Positions 1-10,183 of a stretch of DNA of 64,000 nt are shown in pieces. This DNA is from an uncultured Nitrospiraceae bacterium (lineage in GTDB: Bacteria; Nitrospirota; Thermodesulfovibrionia; Thermodesulfovibrionales; Dissulfurispiraceae), in the NCBI GenBank assembly GCA_963705105.1, contig CAVPIW010000006.1:96001-160000 (forward strand), written 5' to 3'. Position 1 is the stretch's first letter; each line of letters begins with the position of its first letter. A program made the translations under genes and the position numbers. Below the pieces are notes generated by a model. It worked only from the letters and a program-made list of their open reading frames with translations, was not told where the DNA came from and did no database searches.

Positions 1-115
1 CATCCTGTCCGACGTCTCCCTCGTGCAGATGAAGCTGAGGGCGACGCTCAAGAAATACCTCAGGAACACGATGGACCGCAAGCCGATGATCATGCCGCTC
101 ATCGTGGAGCTGTGA
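1..115 (+). CDS. rnj: 3' end of a gene truncated by the window edge, probably ribonuclease J
   Basis: Frame 2 reads ...LRATLKKYLRNTMDRKPMIMPLIVEL*, matching the typical RNase J C-terminus (RRPMILPxIxEV). Confidence 0.6.
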   Translation, partial: ILSDVSLVQMKLRATLKKYLRNTMDRKPMIMPLIVEL

Positions 116-131
116 CAACGGGTATCTAAAG

Positions 132-330
132 CCTATCGATTCATACGCCCTTCGGAAAGGCGGGGTGTATGAGCCGAAAACCTTGGTGCGGCGACACCTG
201 TATCAAAACGAAAGACGAGGCATAAGCCGATGTCAGGAGAATTGGACATCTTTTCCGACACTGACACTCACACTCACACTGACACTGTTTTCAGAGGCAC
301 TTTGTCCCGCCTTTTCATGCAGTTGAAAGG
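132..330 (+). repeat. ~200-bp dispersed inverted-arm element, copy 1 (interior contains GACACT/CACACT hexamers)
   Basis: Left arm CCTATCGATTCA...GGAAAGGCGGGG...GCCGAAAACCTTGGTGCGGCGACAC and right arm GGCACTTTGTCCCGCCTTTTCATGCAGTTGAAAGG are shared with about 10 other intergenic loci. Confidence 0.85.
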
Positions 331-354
331 TGGATACCTCGTCTATGAACAAGT

Positions 355-1146
355 ATGATGGATCCTGAAATCATAAAGGCGATCGTCCTCGGCATCGTGC
401 AGGGGATAACGGAGTTCTTCCCCATCAGCAGCACGGCTCACCTGATCCTCTTCCCCTGGTTCTTCGGGTGGTCCGGCGAGATCGACACCCTTTCTTTCGA
501 CATCGCCCTGCACGGAGGAACGCTCCTGTCGCTGCTCGTCTGCTTCGCCCGTGACTGGGTCAACCTCCTCGTCAACGACCGCCGTACCCTTGCGTATCTG
601 GCGATCGCGACGGTGCCCGCCGGCGTCGCCGGATTAGCGCTCAAGCATGCCGTCGAGACGATCTTCAGGAGCCCCCTCATTATTGTTTTCACCCTTATCG
701 CAGTCGGTGTCCTCATGCTGCTTGCGGAGCGATGGAGCCGTGACCATGCCGGGCGTCTCAAAAAAAAGGCCTCCTTTGCCGATGCGATCATAATCGGCGC
801 AGCGCAGGCCGTTGCACTCATCCCGGGCGTTTCCCGTTCCGGCATCACCATTACCGCCGGCCTCTGGCGTCATCTCACCCGGGAATCGGCGGCGCGGTTC
901 TCCTTTCTCCTCTCGACGCCTGTCATTGCAGGAGCGACCCTTCTGGAAGCGAAGAAACTGGCGGGCAATCCCGGATCATATGATGCAGCCGTTTTCATTG
1001 CCGGTTTTATCGCCTCCTTCCTCGCCGGCATCCTCGCCATCACGTTCCTCCTGTCTTATCTGAAAAAGCATCCCCTCAATCTATTCGTCTATTACCGCTT
1101 TCTCCTCGCCCTCGTTATTCTGGTAGTATATATACGTCAACTTTAG
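355..1146 (+). CDS. uppP: Undecaprenyl-diphosphate phosphatase
   Basis: GIVQGITEFFPISSTAH and PGVSRSGIT motifs; hydrophobic protein. Confidence 0.95.
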   Translation: MMDPEIIKAIVLGIVQGITEFFPISSTAHLILFPWFFGWSGEIDTLSFDIALHGGTLLSLLVCFARDWVNLLVNDRRTLAYLAIATVPAGVAGLALKHAVETIFRSPLIIVFTLIAVGVLMLLAERWSRDHAGRLKKKASFADAIIIGAAQAVALIPGVSRSGITITAGLWRHLTRESAARFSFLLSTPVIAGATLLEAKKLAGNPGSYDAAVFIAGFIASFLAGILAITFLLSYLKKHPLNLFVYYRFLLALVILVVYIRQL

Positions 1147-1177
1147 AAGCTGAAGAAATCCTTGGAAAGACTCTTTT

Positions 1178-1283
1178 TCGCGCAAAGACGCCAAGTTCGC
1201 AAAGAAAGGAAGAAAGTGCCCCTTGCGGGTAATTTGTCAATGTCGCATACGTCGTTCTTTGCGCGCTTTGCGACTTTGCGTGA
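1178..1283. repeat. Inverted pair of ~9-nt-period CGCAAAG repeats
   Basis: TCGCGCAAAGACGCCAAGTTCGCAAAG (1178-1204) and CTTTGCGCGCTTTGCGACTTTGCGTGA (1257-1283) are near reverse complements; related units at ~4622-4640 and ~5764-5782. Confidence 0.7.
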
Positions 1284-1301
1284 GACTGCTAAGGTGGCGC
1301 C

Positions 1302-3407
1302 GTGAAAGCTGAAAAGACCGCAGAGCCGAAGCTTGCCAAAAAGAAAAGCCGGCGTCTGGCCGAGATCATCGGCGTCGTCGCCGTCCTCGGAGGCGTTTTT
1401 GTCGCCGTCTCGGTTTTCTCCTACTCCAAGTGGGACAGGTCCTTTTTCACCTATTCGAGGACGGCGCCGAAGAACATCGGCGGTCCCGTTGGCGCCCATG
1501 TGGCCGATCTCGTCATGTCGGTCATCGGCCTCTCGGGCTATCTCATTCCCCTGTTTCTCGTCCTCTACGGCATACGTAAGATCCTCGGGAAGGAGGGCAA
1601 CCCCGTCCATGTGCTCGGGGCGGCGATGTTCTTACCTGCCCTTTCCGCTCTCGCCCAGATGATCAGGGTGCCGAACCCCCTGAACATCGAGCCTCCCGGC
1701 GGTTTTGCCGGTCTCGCGCTGTCGCAGTTTCTCACACGCTATCTTTCCACTGTCGGCGCCTTCATCGCGATCACGATGCTCATCCTCATTTCGGTTATTC
1801 TCATGAGCCCCGTCTCGGTCTTCTCCCTTATGAGGAGGAAGAAGAGATCCCCTGTCACTGTCCCGGAAGAAACCCCGGGGGAACCGGAATTTCCTGTCAT
1901 CGCGAGGGAAGAGGAAAGGCGGGAGATCCCGGTCGTCCCGATGGGGAAGGTTGTTGAACATCCGGGGGGAGGCGACGGGGAAGCAACGGTGACCGACGAT
2001 GCACCGGAACAGGCAGGGAGCTATTCCCTCCCGCCCCTCTCGTTCCTGCAGCCTGCCCGTGAGGGATCGGGACCGTCGAAAGAGGAGCTCATGACGTCGG
2101 CATCGCTGATCGAAAAGAAGATGGCCGACTTCGGTGTCAGCGGGCGGATCAAACAGGCCTATCCCGGGCCTGTCGTGACCATGTACGAATACGAACCTGC
2201 GCCGGGTGTAAAGATCAACCGCGTTGTGTCCCTCGCCGACGACCTCGCCCTCGCCCTCAGGGCCCAGAGCATCAGGATCTATCCCATGGCGGGCAAGGCC
2301 GCCATCGGCGTCGAGGTGCCGAACCAGGAGAGGGCGACCGTCACCATCCATGACATCATCGGGTCCGACAACTTCCAGAGGGGCTCGTCGTTTCTCACCC
2401 TCTGCCTCGGCAAGGACATTTTCGGCAACCCCGTCGTGACGGACCTTGGGAAGATGCCCCACCTGCTCGTCGCCGGCGCCACGGGGTCGGGCAAGAGCGT
2501 TTCGATCAATACCATGATCGTGAGCATCCTCTACAAAGCGTCGCCGGCGGATGTGAAGATGCTCATGATCGACCCGAAGCTCCTCGAGCTCTCTGCGTAC
2601 GCCGAGATCCCCCACCTCATCTCGCCGGTCATCACGGGGCCGAAGGAGGCGTCGGAGGCGCTCAAGAAGATGGTCTACGAGATGGAGCGCCGGTACCGTC
2701 TCCTCGCCGAGAAGGGTGCACGGAACATCGAAGGGTTTAACAGGCATGCGGCGCAGGAAGAGCGACTGCCCTATATCGTCGTTTTCATCGATGAACTGGC
2801 GGACCTGATGTTCACCGCCCCCAGCGACGTCGAGAATGCCATCGCCCGCCTTGCCCAGATGGCGCGGGCCTCGGGCATCCATCTCATTCTGGCGACGCAG
2901 CGTCCTTCCGTGGACGTCATCACGGGACTCATCAAGGCGAATTTCCCCGCCCGCATCTCCTTCCGGGTCACATCGAAGATCGATTCGCGGACCATTCTCG
3001 ATGCCCAGGGAGCGGAGCAGCTCCTCGGCATGGGAGACATGCTCTTCATGCTGCCCGGCGCGAGAATAACGAGGATTCACGGCGCGTACATCAGCGATGA
3101 GGAGGTCCGCGCCATCACCGATTTTGTGAAGTCCCAGGGAAAGCCGGACTACGCGCCTTTTGAACAGATTACCCTTGCCGCCGCAGAGGAGAAAGGTGTC
3201 TCGGAGCCGGCCGAGCGTGACGAGATGTACCAGAGGGTCCTCGATCTGGCGGAATCGGCGGGAGAGATATCGATATCGGCGATCCAGAGACGGTTGAAGA
3301 TCGGATTCAACAGGGCGGCGCGGATCATGGAGCTCCTCGAGGAAGACGGGCTCGTCGGGCCTCCGAGGGGAGCGGGGAAGCCGAGGGATTTTTTGGGAAG
3401 ACGATAG
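1302..3407 (+). CDS. ftsK: DNA translocase FtsK
   Basis: N-terminal TM region, PHLLVAGATGSGKS Walker A, IDELADLM, ATQRPSVDV, C-terminal gamma domain IQRRLKIGFNRAAR. Confidence 0.95.
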   Translation: MKAEKTAEPKLAKKKSRRLAEIIGVVAVLGGVFVAVSVFSYSKWDRSFFTYSRTAPKNIGGPVGAHVADLVMSVIGLSGYLIPLFLVLYGIRKILGKEGNPVHVLGAAMFLPALSALAQMIRVPNPLNIEPPGGFAGLALSQFLTRYLSTVGAFIAITMLILISVILMSPVSVFSLMRRKKRSPVTVPEETPGEPEFPVIAREEERREIPVVPMGKVVEHPGGGDGEATVTDDAPEQAGSYSLPPLSFLQPAREGSGPSKEELMTSASLIEKKMADFGVSGRIKQAYPGPVVTMYEYEPAPGVKINRVVSLADDLALALRAQSIRIYPMAGKAAIGVEVPNQERATVTIHDIIGSDNFQRGSSFLTLCLGKDIFGNPVVTDLGKMPHLLVAGATGSGKSVSINTMIVSILYKASPADVKMLMIDPKLLELSAYAEIPHLISPVITGPKEASEALKKMVYEMERRYRLLAEKGARNIEGFNRHAAQEERLPYIVVFIDELADLMFTAPSDVENAIARLAQMARASGIHLILATQRPSVDVITGLIKANFPARISFRVTSKIDSRTILDAQGAEQLLGMGDMLFMLPGARITRIHGAYISDEEVRAITDFVKSQGKPDYAPFEQITLAAAEEKGVSEPAERDEMYQRVLDLAESAGEISISAIQRRLKIGFNRAARIMELLEEDGLVGPPRGAGKPRDFLGRR

Positions 3408-3550
3408 GGCGTATGACAGTGTGAGGGTGAGTGTCTGTGAAAGGTCCTTTCGGTTGACGATACACTTTAAACTGTATACCGGCTATGAGGCGTCTACTTG
3501 AAGTATTACCATGGCAATTATTGACCCGGCAATTGAGCACTTGCAACACC

Positions 3551-3643
3551 GTCATTGCCGCAAGCCCCTGTCAAGCCATGACAGGCTCCGCGCGTCGGCA
3601 ATCCTTCTGAAAATGAGAAGGATTCCGGACAAGCCGGAATGAC
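3551..3643. repeat. REP-like palindromic unit (GTCATT..GGAATCC...GATTCCGGACAAGCCGGAATGAC), copy 1
   Basis: Same architecture at 5436-5515 and 38368-38447. Confidence 0.75.
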
Positions 3644-3731
3644 AAAGCGCGGGGCGGTTCATCTGTTTGATTGCCATATTTCCCTGAAAGGCGGTGCTTC
3701 GCCCTGCCTTTTCATGCAACTGCAATGTAAA

Positions 3732-3937
3732 CCTTGTATAGAAAGACGGGGCGAAACGCCTCAAAGCCTTGCTGAAGGCGACGATACGCCTCGTCAGGTT
3801 TGTGTTTCAGGATTCCACTCTTTGTGTCATCGACTATGGAAGTATAGTTCATCATGCGTTTTGATATAGGAGTCGCCGCAGCAAGGTTTTCGGCGCATAC
3901 ACCCCGCCTTTCCCGGGAGTGTATTGCAACGATAATG
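3732..3937 (-). repeat. ~200-bp inverted-arm element, copy 2 (type A interior), preceded by an isolated right arm at ~3694-3725
   Basis: Reverse complement aligns over its full length with 9974-10183 and 46273-46482. Confidence 0.85.
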
Positions 3938-3955
3938 TAAAGTAACTGTCAGGAG

Positions 3956-4609
3956 ATGAATGACATGCAAAACGGGAAAAAGAAATTAGGAATCATTGCA
4001 GCTTTGGTCGCCATCCTTCTCGGCGTCATCCACCCTTCGCCGTCCTTCGCCCTTTCTGCGGACGAAGAGATAAAGAGGATCCAGGACGCCTACGAGGGGA
4101 TCAGGGATATAAGGGGAGATTTCGTGCAGAAGAGCCGGATCAGCGATCTCAAGAGGACGGACACGTACAGCGGACAGTTCTTCATAAAAGCGTCGAAGAT
4201 GAGATGGGATTTCAGGGGGGACAAGGCCCAGTCCATCTACATCAGGGGCGATGAGATCGTCATATATCAGAAGAAGGAGAAGCAGGCTTTCAAGTCTAAG
4301 TTCGACCGGTCCACCTATGGTCAGGCACCGATCGCCCTGCTCGGGGGGTTCGGGAACATCAGGAAGGAGTTCGATGTGACGGCGAAAGAGGGCAAACTGA
4401 TGCTGAAACCGAAGATGCCCATGGGTAACGTTGTCAGCGTGGAGATCACCACGTTGCAGAATGAGTTCCCCATCGAATCTGTGACGATCGTCGATTCCTC
4501 GTCGAACAGGGTGGAGATCAGGCTGAAGAACGTCCGGACGAACAGCGGGGTGAAGGATTCCGTCTTCGAGTTCACTCCCCCTGAGGGAGTCACGGTATTT
4601 CAGCAGTAA
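3956..4609 (+). CDS. lolA: Outer-membrane lipoprotein carrier LolA family protein
   Basis: Signal peptide, F-x-Q and MRW motifs, C-terminal FEFTPPEGV; follows ftsK as is typical. Confidence 0.85.
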   Translation: MNDMQNGKKKLGIIAALVAILLGVIHPSPSFALSADEEIKRIQDAYEGIRDIRGDFVQKSRISDLKRTDTYSGQFFIKASKMRWDFRGDKAQSIYIRGDEIVIYQKKEKQAFKSKFDRSTYGQAPIALLGGFGNIRKEFDVTAKEGKLMLKPKMPMGNVVSVEITTLQNEFPIESVTIVDSSSNRVEIRLKNVRTNSGVKDSVFEFTPPEGVTVFQQ

Positions 4610-4782
4610 GGCGAAAATTTCTCACGCAAAGCCGCAAAGAAAGGCATAAATGGTAGTTTGCCACAGAGGTCACAGAGATCACAGAGAAAGAATATCTCAC
4701 AATTGTGAACTGCAACGCATCGCCGTCATTTCCGAATAAGAGCTTCGGGCATGACACAAATATGAGCTTGTTCACATGCGAC

Positions 4783-4815
4783 AAGGAAGCCCTGCCGGCC
4801 GGCAGGGCTTTCTTT
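4783..4815. terminator. Likely bidirectional rho-independent terminator
   Basis: AAGGAAGCCCTGCCG-GC-CGGCAGGGCTTTCTTT hairpin between convergent genes. Confidence 0.65.
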
Positions 4816-4826
4816 ATGCGTGGTTG

Positions 4827-5276
4827 TTACCGTCTCCAACCCGCCCAGACGGGGAACCCGTTGTCATCGCGCAGCTTCAGGACTGCATCCCCCTTCTTGA
4901 TCTCGGCGGCGATGATCGCCGGGGCGGTGCCGACCGTCACCCTTGATCCCTTGACATCGATCTTGTCACCCTTCTCGATCTTGGTGTCGAGCCGCTCGAT
5001 ATACCAGGACGGGCCGAGGTGCACGGCGATCGTTTCCTTTTCGGTCTTGACCTGGAGGTGTATGCCGTAGGACATGCCCCTCATCGGCGTAATCCTGTCG
5101 ATGGCGATCACCTCGCCGGATATCGTTTCAACCGTGGCGGGGTTGTACATGCGCTGGTATTTGTTGCCCATGCCCCAGCCTCCGCTTCCCTTCCAGCCCC
5201 TCTGGGCAAAGCTGTCCGTTGCGAACACCGCCAGTACGAGAACTGCCAGCAAAGCGCTGAATACCTTTGTCTTCAT
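4827..5276 (-). CDS. Exported small OB-fold-like protein (VHLGPxWY family, distantly MamS/MamX-like)
   Basis: AGGAGG RBS before the ATG at 5276, signal peptide, YNPATVETISG...VHLGPSWY...LRDDNGFPVW. Confidence 0.7.
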   Translation of the reverse strand: MKTKVFSALLAVLVLAVFATDSFAQRGWKGSGGWGMGNKYQRMYNPATVETISGEVIAIDRITPMRGMSYGIHLQVKTEKETIAVHLGPSWYIERLDTKIEKGDKIDVKGSRVTVGTAPAIIAAEIKKGDAVLKLRDDNGFPVWAGWRR

Positions 5277-5351
5277 CGTTTCCTCCTGTCGAACGCCTGT
5301 GTATAGTTTTTTCCGGAACGTCCGGATAGCGCCCGTCTTTACCAATAGGCT

Positions 5352-5367
5352 ATCAATTACCATGCCA
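5352..5367 (-). promoter_or_regulatory. Possible sigma54 (-24/-12) promoter
   Basis: Minus strand TGGCAT-GGTAA-TTGAT, about 75 nt upstream of the start. Confidence 0.4.
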
Positions 5368-5435
5368 AATCATCAGTCGGCAGTTAGCAGTGAATAAGGC
5401 CAGAAGATTGTGGGACCTACCAGGAACATTTCTCT

Positions 5436-5515
5436 GTCATTCCCGCAACCCCGCATCAGGTGCGGGGGCGTCGGGAATCCTTCAGAAAGAACGATTCCGG
5501 ACAAGCCGGAATGAC
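5436..5515. repeat. REP-like palindromic unit, copy 2
   Basis: GTCATTCCCGCAACCCCGCATCAGGTGCGGGGGCGTCGGGAATCC...GATTCCGGACAAGCCGGAATGAC. Confidence 0.8.
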
Positions 5516-5523
5516 AGAGAGAC

Positions 5524-5755
5524 GGCGTTGCATATGTCTTCCGGAAAGGTGGGGTGGTGATGCCACGAAACAGTAGGCAACAGACAGAACCCAGACCACC
5601 CTTTGCCGTGTCTATTGACATCACATGCCCGTCAGGCAACAGTGGCTGAACACCTGGAGATGTCTCATCATCGCATTGGAAAGGCTTTGAGCCATATCTG
5701 CCTTCCCGGAGGCAGCGGTAGTGAAACCGACACTGACACTGACACTCACACTGTC
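5524..5755 (+). repeat. Inverted-arm element, copy 3 (type B interior; right arm replaced by hexamer repeats)
   Basis: Left arm GTTGCATATGTCTTCCGGAAAGGTGGGG; interior is the reverse complement of ~41385-41510. Confidence 0.75.
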
Positions 5756-5918
5756 ACCATTCTGTTGCGAGCTTTGCGCGAGAATTGTCTTTGTCGGGAG
5801 CGCAATTTTTGCATTATTTCATGCAAGAATTGCATGACCTCATTGCCGGAAGGGCTTTCTGAGCGGGCGGAAGTGTGTTACAATTATAATTCACATAAAC
5901 CGTGAGAGGAGTGGCTCC

Positions 5919-7814
5919 ATGGAATTGAGGCTGACGTCCAATGAGGTGATCCCCGTCGAGGCAGGCGAGAGCGTCCTGTCGGCCCTGAAGCGGTCCGGCG
6001 TCTATCTCGTCGCGTCCTGCGGGAGCAAGGGCACCTGCGGAAAGTGCAAGGTCAAGATTCTCGAGGGAAAGCACCGGGTCGCCTCCTACGGCAAACTGAG
6101 CGAACAGGACAGGGCGTCACACATCGTCCTCGCCTGCCAGACCTTTCCCGAGGAGGATCTCTTTGTCGAGGTCCTGAAGGAGTCCCGCCTCGTCGTCGGC
6201 GACAAGATCGCCATAGCCAGGACAAAGGAACTTGCCGCGTACCTGAAATCGTTCGGCGTCGAGCCCGACCCGATCGTCAGGAGGATATTCCTCGAGCTTC
6301 CGCCTCCGAGCATCGATGACAGCATCAGCGATCTTGAACGCATCAAGCGTCATCTCGCGCCGATGGGCCTCGGGAACATGCGGTTCTCCTACGAGTTCGT
6401 CTCGATGATGGAAAAAACGCTCAGGGACGCCGACTGGAAGGTGGATCTCACCTATATCCGGACCCAGGGAAATGATAATAAAGAAGCCCTCTTCCTGACG
6501 TCCCCAAAGGAGTGCGCGCGCCGTCACGGCATAGCCGTTGATATCGGGACGACGACCGTCGTCGTTTACCTGGTCAATCTCTTCACCGGTGAGATCGTGG
6601 ATCTCGGCTCCACCTACAACTCCCAGATGCGCCACGGTGACGACGTCATCACGAGGATCATCTATGCGACGGAGAAGCAGGGCCTCCATGAACTGCGCAG
6701 GGCTATCAATGCAGACATCAACACGATTATCGAGTCGCTCATCGAGCGGCAGAAGATCGAGCATTGCGAGATCGACTCGGCGGCGATCGCCGGCAACACG
6801 ACAATGGTTCACATCTTCTGGGGCCTCGATCCGTCGTCGATCCGCGTCGAACCCTACATCCCCACATTGAATTACTTTCCTCTCTGGCAGGGGTCGACAG
6901 CCCGCCTGGCTATCAATCCCCAGGCGCCTGTCTATACATTGCCCTGCGTCGCAAGTTACGTGGGCGGAGACATCGTCTCGGGCGTCCTCGCCACCAAGAT
7001 GCACCGGAACCCTGAGGTCGCCCTCTTCATGGACATCGGGACGAACGGGGAACTCGCCATCGGCAACAACGAATGGCTCATGACGGCGGCCTGCTCGGCC
7101 GGTCCCTGCTTCGAGGGAAGCGGGATACGATGCGGTATGAGGGCCACCCCGGGCGCCATCGAGGCGGTCAGGATCGATCCGGTGACTCACGACCCTCAGA
7201 TCACCGTCATCGGAGGAGGGACCCCTCTCGGCATCTGCGGGTCCGGTATGATCGACGCCATTTCGGAGATGTACCTCACCAGGACGATCGATCAGAGGGG
7301 CAAGTTCATCGAGGGAATTACGGACCGGATCATAAAGGGAGACGAGGGACTGGAGTACGTCCTCTACCGCGACGAGCGGCACGGCAGGGACATCCTCCTG
7401 ACGGAGGTGGACATCGAAAACGTGCTGAGGGCGAAGGCCGCTATTTACGCGGGTATAATGACGATGCTCTCCGAGATCGGCTTCACCCTCGATGCCGTCG
7501 ATACGATCTATGTCGCCGGCGGCTTCGGCAATTACATCAATGTCGAACGGGCCATCACCCTCGGCATGCTCCCGGACATTCCCAAGGAGCGGTATAAGTT
7601 TATGGGCAACACGTCCGTCACGGGCGCCTACCTGACCCTCCTGTCGGAAGACCTCAGGAGGGAAGCCGACGAGATCGCCCAGAAAATGACCTATCTCGAG
7701 CTGTCCGTGTCGAGGAACTTCATGGACCAGTTCCTGTCGGCCCTTTTCCTCCCCCACACCGACATGAGCCAGTTCCCCACGGTGGCCGGGCTCATGAACA
7801 TCGGGCATGAATAG
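5919..7814 (+). CDS. ASKHA-domain ATPase with N-terminal 2Fe-2S ferredoxin (RACo/DUF4445, reductive activator of corrinoid proteins)
   Basis: CGSKGTCGKC...C; DIGTTT, DIGTNGE, SAGPCFEG, GICGSG and AGGFG motifs. Confidence 0.85.
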   Translation: MELRLTSNEVIPVEAGESVLSALKRSGVYLVASCGSKGTCGKCKVKILEGKHRVASYGKLSEQDRASHIVLACQTFPEEDLFVEVLKESRLVVGDKIAIARTKELAAYLKSFGVEPDPIVRRIFLELPPPSIDDSISDLERIKRHLAPMGLGNMRFSYEFVSMMEKTLRDADWKVDLTYIRTQGNDNKEALFLTSPKECARRHGIAVDIGTTTVVVYLVNLFTGEIVDLGSTYNSQMRHGDDVITRIIYATEKQGLHELRRAINADINTIIESLIERQKIEHCEIDSAAIAGNTTMVHIFWGLDPSSIRVEPYIPTLNYFPLWQGSTARLAINPQAPVYTLPCVASYVGGDIVSGVLATKMHRNPEVALFMDIGTNGELAIGNNEWLMTAACSAGPCFEGSGIRCGMRATPGAIEAVRIDPVTHDPQITVIGGGTPLGICGSGMIDAISEMYLTRTIDQRGKFIEGITDRIIKGDEGLEYVLYRDERHGRDILLTEVDIENVLRAKAAIYAGIMTMLSEIGFTLDAVDTIYVAGGFGNYINVERAITLGMLPDIPKERYKFMGNTSVTGAYLTLLSEDLRREADEIAQKMTYLELSVSRNFMDQFLSALFLPHTDMSQFPTVAGLMNIGHE

Positions 7815-7839
7815 ATGATAACCGTCGGCATCGGAGTCC

Positions 7840-9972
7840 ATGGGTTTCTGGCATGACATAAGGCGTGATTTCAGGGCCGTTTTCGAGAGGGACCCGGCGG
7901 CGCGGAACGCCGTCGAGGTGCTCATCACCTATCCCGGTCTCCACGCGATCATGCTGCACCGGATCTCCCATGCCCTCTGGAACATCGGTATCCCTGTCAT
8001 ACCAAGGCTCCTCTCGCACATAACACGGTTCCTCACAGGCATCGAGATCCACCCGGCAGCGAAGATCGGGCCGGGCTTCTTCATTGACCACGGCATGGGC
8101 GTCGTCATCGGCGAGACGACGGAGATCGGAGAGGACTGCCTCCTCTACCAGGGCGTGACTCTCGGGGGAACGGGCAAGGAAAAAGGGAAGCGCCACCCGA
8201 CGCTCGGCAACCACGTCGTCGTCGGCACGGGCGCAAAGGTGCTCGGTCCGATGAGGATCGGCGATTACGTGAAGATCGGGGCGAATTCAGTCGTCCTGAA
8301 CCCGGTTCCCGACTACTCCATCGTCGTCGGCGTGCCGGGCAGGATCATCAAGAAAAAGGTCATGCGTTTCGATGAGGGCGGGATCGTCGAGGCCCTCGAC
8401 CATGTCCGCCTGCCGGACCCCGTGGACGAAAAACTGAATGAGCTGACGGAATACATCAGGCGGCTGGAATCGCGCATCGAACGGATGGAGGGTAAAGGAG
8501 GGAGAATGAAGATCTTCAACACGATGACGGGAAAGAAGGAGGAATTCACCCCCCTGACGCCCGGCAAGGTCGGCATCTACGCCTGCGGTGTCACCGTCTA
8601 TGACTATTGCCACATCGGCCACGCCCGGAGCACCGTCGTCTTCGATGTCATCAAGCGGTACCTGGCGTACAAGGGGTTCGACGTGACCTTTGTCAGGAAC
8701 TTCACCGACATAGACGACAAGATCATCAAGAGGGCCGCTGAAGAGGGTTCGACGTGGGACGCCGTGGCGAAAAAGTACATCGACGAATATTACAGGGACA
8801 TGGACAGGCTCGGCGTGGACCGCGCCGACAAGGAGCCGAAAGCGACGGAGCATATAGAGGACATGATCGGGATCATCGGCACGCTTATCGGGAAGGGTTT
8901 TGCCTATGAGGTCCCCGAGGGAGAGAACAAAAGCGTCTATTTCTCCGTCGGCGCTTTCCGGGAATACGGGAAGCTGTCGGGGAAGGAGCAGGATGACCTC
9001 CTCGCCGGCGCCCGCGTCGACGTGAACGAGCAGAAGAGAAACCCTATGGATTTCGCCCTGTGGAAGGCGTCGAAGGAGGGCGAGCCCTGGTGGCAGAGCC
9101 CCTGGGGAAAGGGGAGGCCCGGCTGGCATATCGAGTGCACCGCCATGTCGATCAGGCATCTCGGCGAGAGCATCGACATTCATGGCGGCGGCGCTGACCT
9201 CATCTTTCCGCATCACGAAAACGAGATCGCCCAGTCCGAGGCGTACACGGGCAAACCCTTCGCGCGGTACTGGGTGCATAACGGGTTCATCACCGTCGAC
9301 AAGGAGAAGATGTCGAAATCGCTCGGCAACTTCTTCACCCTCCGGGAGATCCTCGATGTGTGCGATCCCGAAGTGGTCAGGCTCTTCCTCCTTTCGAGCC
9401 ATTACCGGAGCCCCATCGAATTCTCGCAGGAGCAGCTCAGGGACGCCGAATCGTCTCTTGACCGTTACTACACGACGAGGGGGAGGATCGACGAGTTCCT
9501 GTCCCGGGGCGCCGAGGGAAAAAAGAAAGGCGCCGACCCCGCCGGATTCGACAAGATCCTGACGGAAGCGATGCAGGGGTTCGATGACGCCATGGACGAC
9601 GATTTCAACACCGCCCAGGCGATCGGTCACGTCTTTGAGTGCATCAGGGAGGTCAACCGGTTCCTCGACTCGAAAGCGGCAGGAGACGGTGCGGTGAGAG
9701 TCGTCACCAGGGCGCGGGAGATGCTCGACACGATGGGCGGCGTTCTCCATCTTTTCAGGAGAACGCCCATTCAGTGGAACCGGGACCTGTTGCAGACCAA
9801 AAAAATCCCGCTCACAGAGGACGATATCCTCACCCGCATTGAAGAGCGACGGAGCGCGAGGGAGCAGAAGGACTGGGCGCTTGCCGACAACATCAGGAAT
9901 ACCCTGGAGGAGCAGGGTGTCGTCCTCGAGGACAAGAAAGACGGCACCACCTGGAGGGTAAAGATTGCCTGA
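7840..9972 (+). CDS. cysE-cysS: In-frame fusion of serine O-acetyltransferase (CysE, ~aa 1-220) and cysteinyl-tRNA synthetase (CysS, from the ATG at 8506)
   Basis: [17 protein letters not shown] and KRHPT hexapeptide region, then [25 protein letters not shown]; no stop codon between them. Confidence 0.9.
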   Translation: MGFWHDIRRDFRAVFERDPAARNAVEVLITYPGLHAIMLHRISHALWNIGIPVIPRLLSHITRFLTGIEIHPAAKIGPGFFIDHGMGVVIGETTEIGEDCLLYQGVTLGGTGKEKGKRHPTLGNHVVVGTGAKVLGPMRIGDYVKIGANSVVLNPVPDYSIVVGVPGRIIKKKVMRFDEGGIVEALDHVRLPDPVDEKLNELTEYIRRLESRIERMEGKGGRMKIFNTMTGKKEEFTPLTPGKVGIYACGVTVYDYCHIGHARSTVVFDVIKRYLAYKGFDVTFVRNFTDIDDKIIKRAAEEGSTWDAVAKKYIDEYYRDMDRLGVDRADKEPKATEHIEDMIGIIGTLIGKGFAYEVPEGENKSVYFSVGAFREYGKLSGKEQDDLLAGARVDVNEQKRNPMDFALWKASKEGEPWWQSPWGKGRPGWHIECTAMSIRHLGESIDIHGGGADLIFPHHENEIAQSEAYTGKPFARYWVHNGFITVDKEKMSKSLGNFFTLREILDVCDPEVVRLFLLSSHYRSPIEFSQEQLRDAESSLDRYYTTRGRIDEFLSRGAEGKKKGADPAGFDKILTEAMQGFDDAMDDDFNTAQAIGHVFECIREVNRFLDSKAAGDGAVRVVTRAREMLDTMGGVLHLFRRTPIQWNRDLLQTKKIPLTEDDILTRIEERRSAREQKDWALADNIRNTLEEQGVVLEDKKDGTTWRVKIA

Positions 9973-9973
9973 A

Positions 9974-10183
9974 CCTAATCTTTGCATAGGCCTGCCGGAA
10001 AGTAGGGGTGGATGCACCGAAAACCTTGCTGCGGCGACACCTGTATCAAAAGGTCAGACGAACTATACACCAATGGTCGATGACAATAAGAGTGGAATCC
10101 TGAAACACGAAGCTGACAATGCGTATCGTCGCCTTCAGCAAGGCTTTGAGGCGCTTCGCCCCTACTTTCCATGCAACTGAAGG
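9974..10183 (+). repeat. Inverted-arm element, copy 4 (type A), overlapping the rlmB start codon
   Basis: Arms GGAAAGTAGGGG (9997-10008) and CCCCTACTTTCC (10159-10170) are perfectly complementary. Confidence 0.85.

Noticed and set aside
3552..3869. Short ORFs in intergenic repeats (also 5373-5905, 9965-10180, 41284-41549, 46170-46439, 62299-62547) with recurring peptides such as [13 protein letters not shown] and CHSGLSGI
   Set aside because: They are translations of the repeat elements; frames, starts and stops are not conserved between copies
4827..5276. Possible magnetosome gene (MamS/MamX-like domain)
   Set aside because: No other mam/mad/man genes are recognisable in the window and this small family is widespread in non-magnetotactic bacteria
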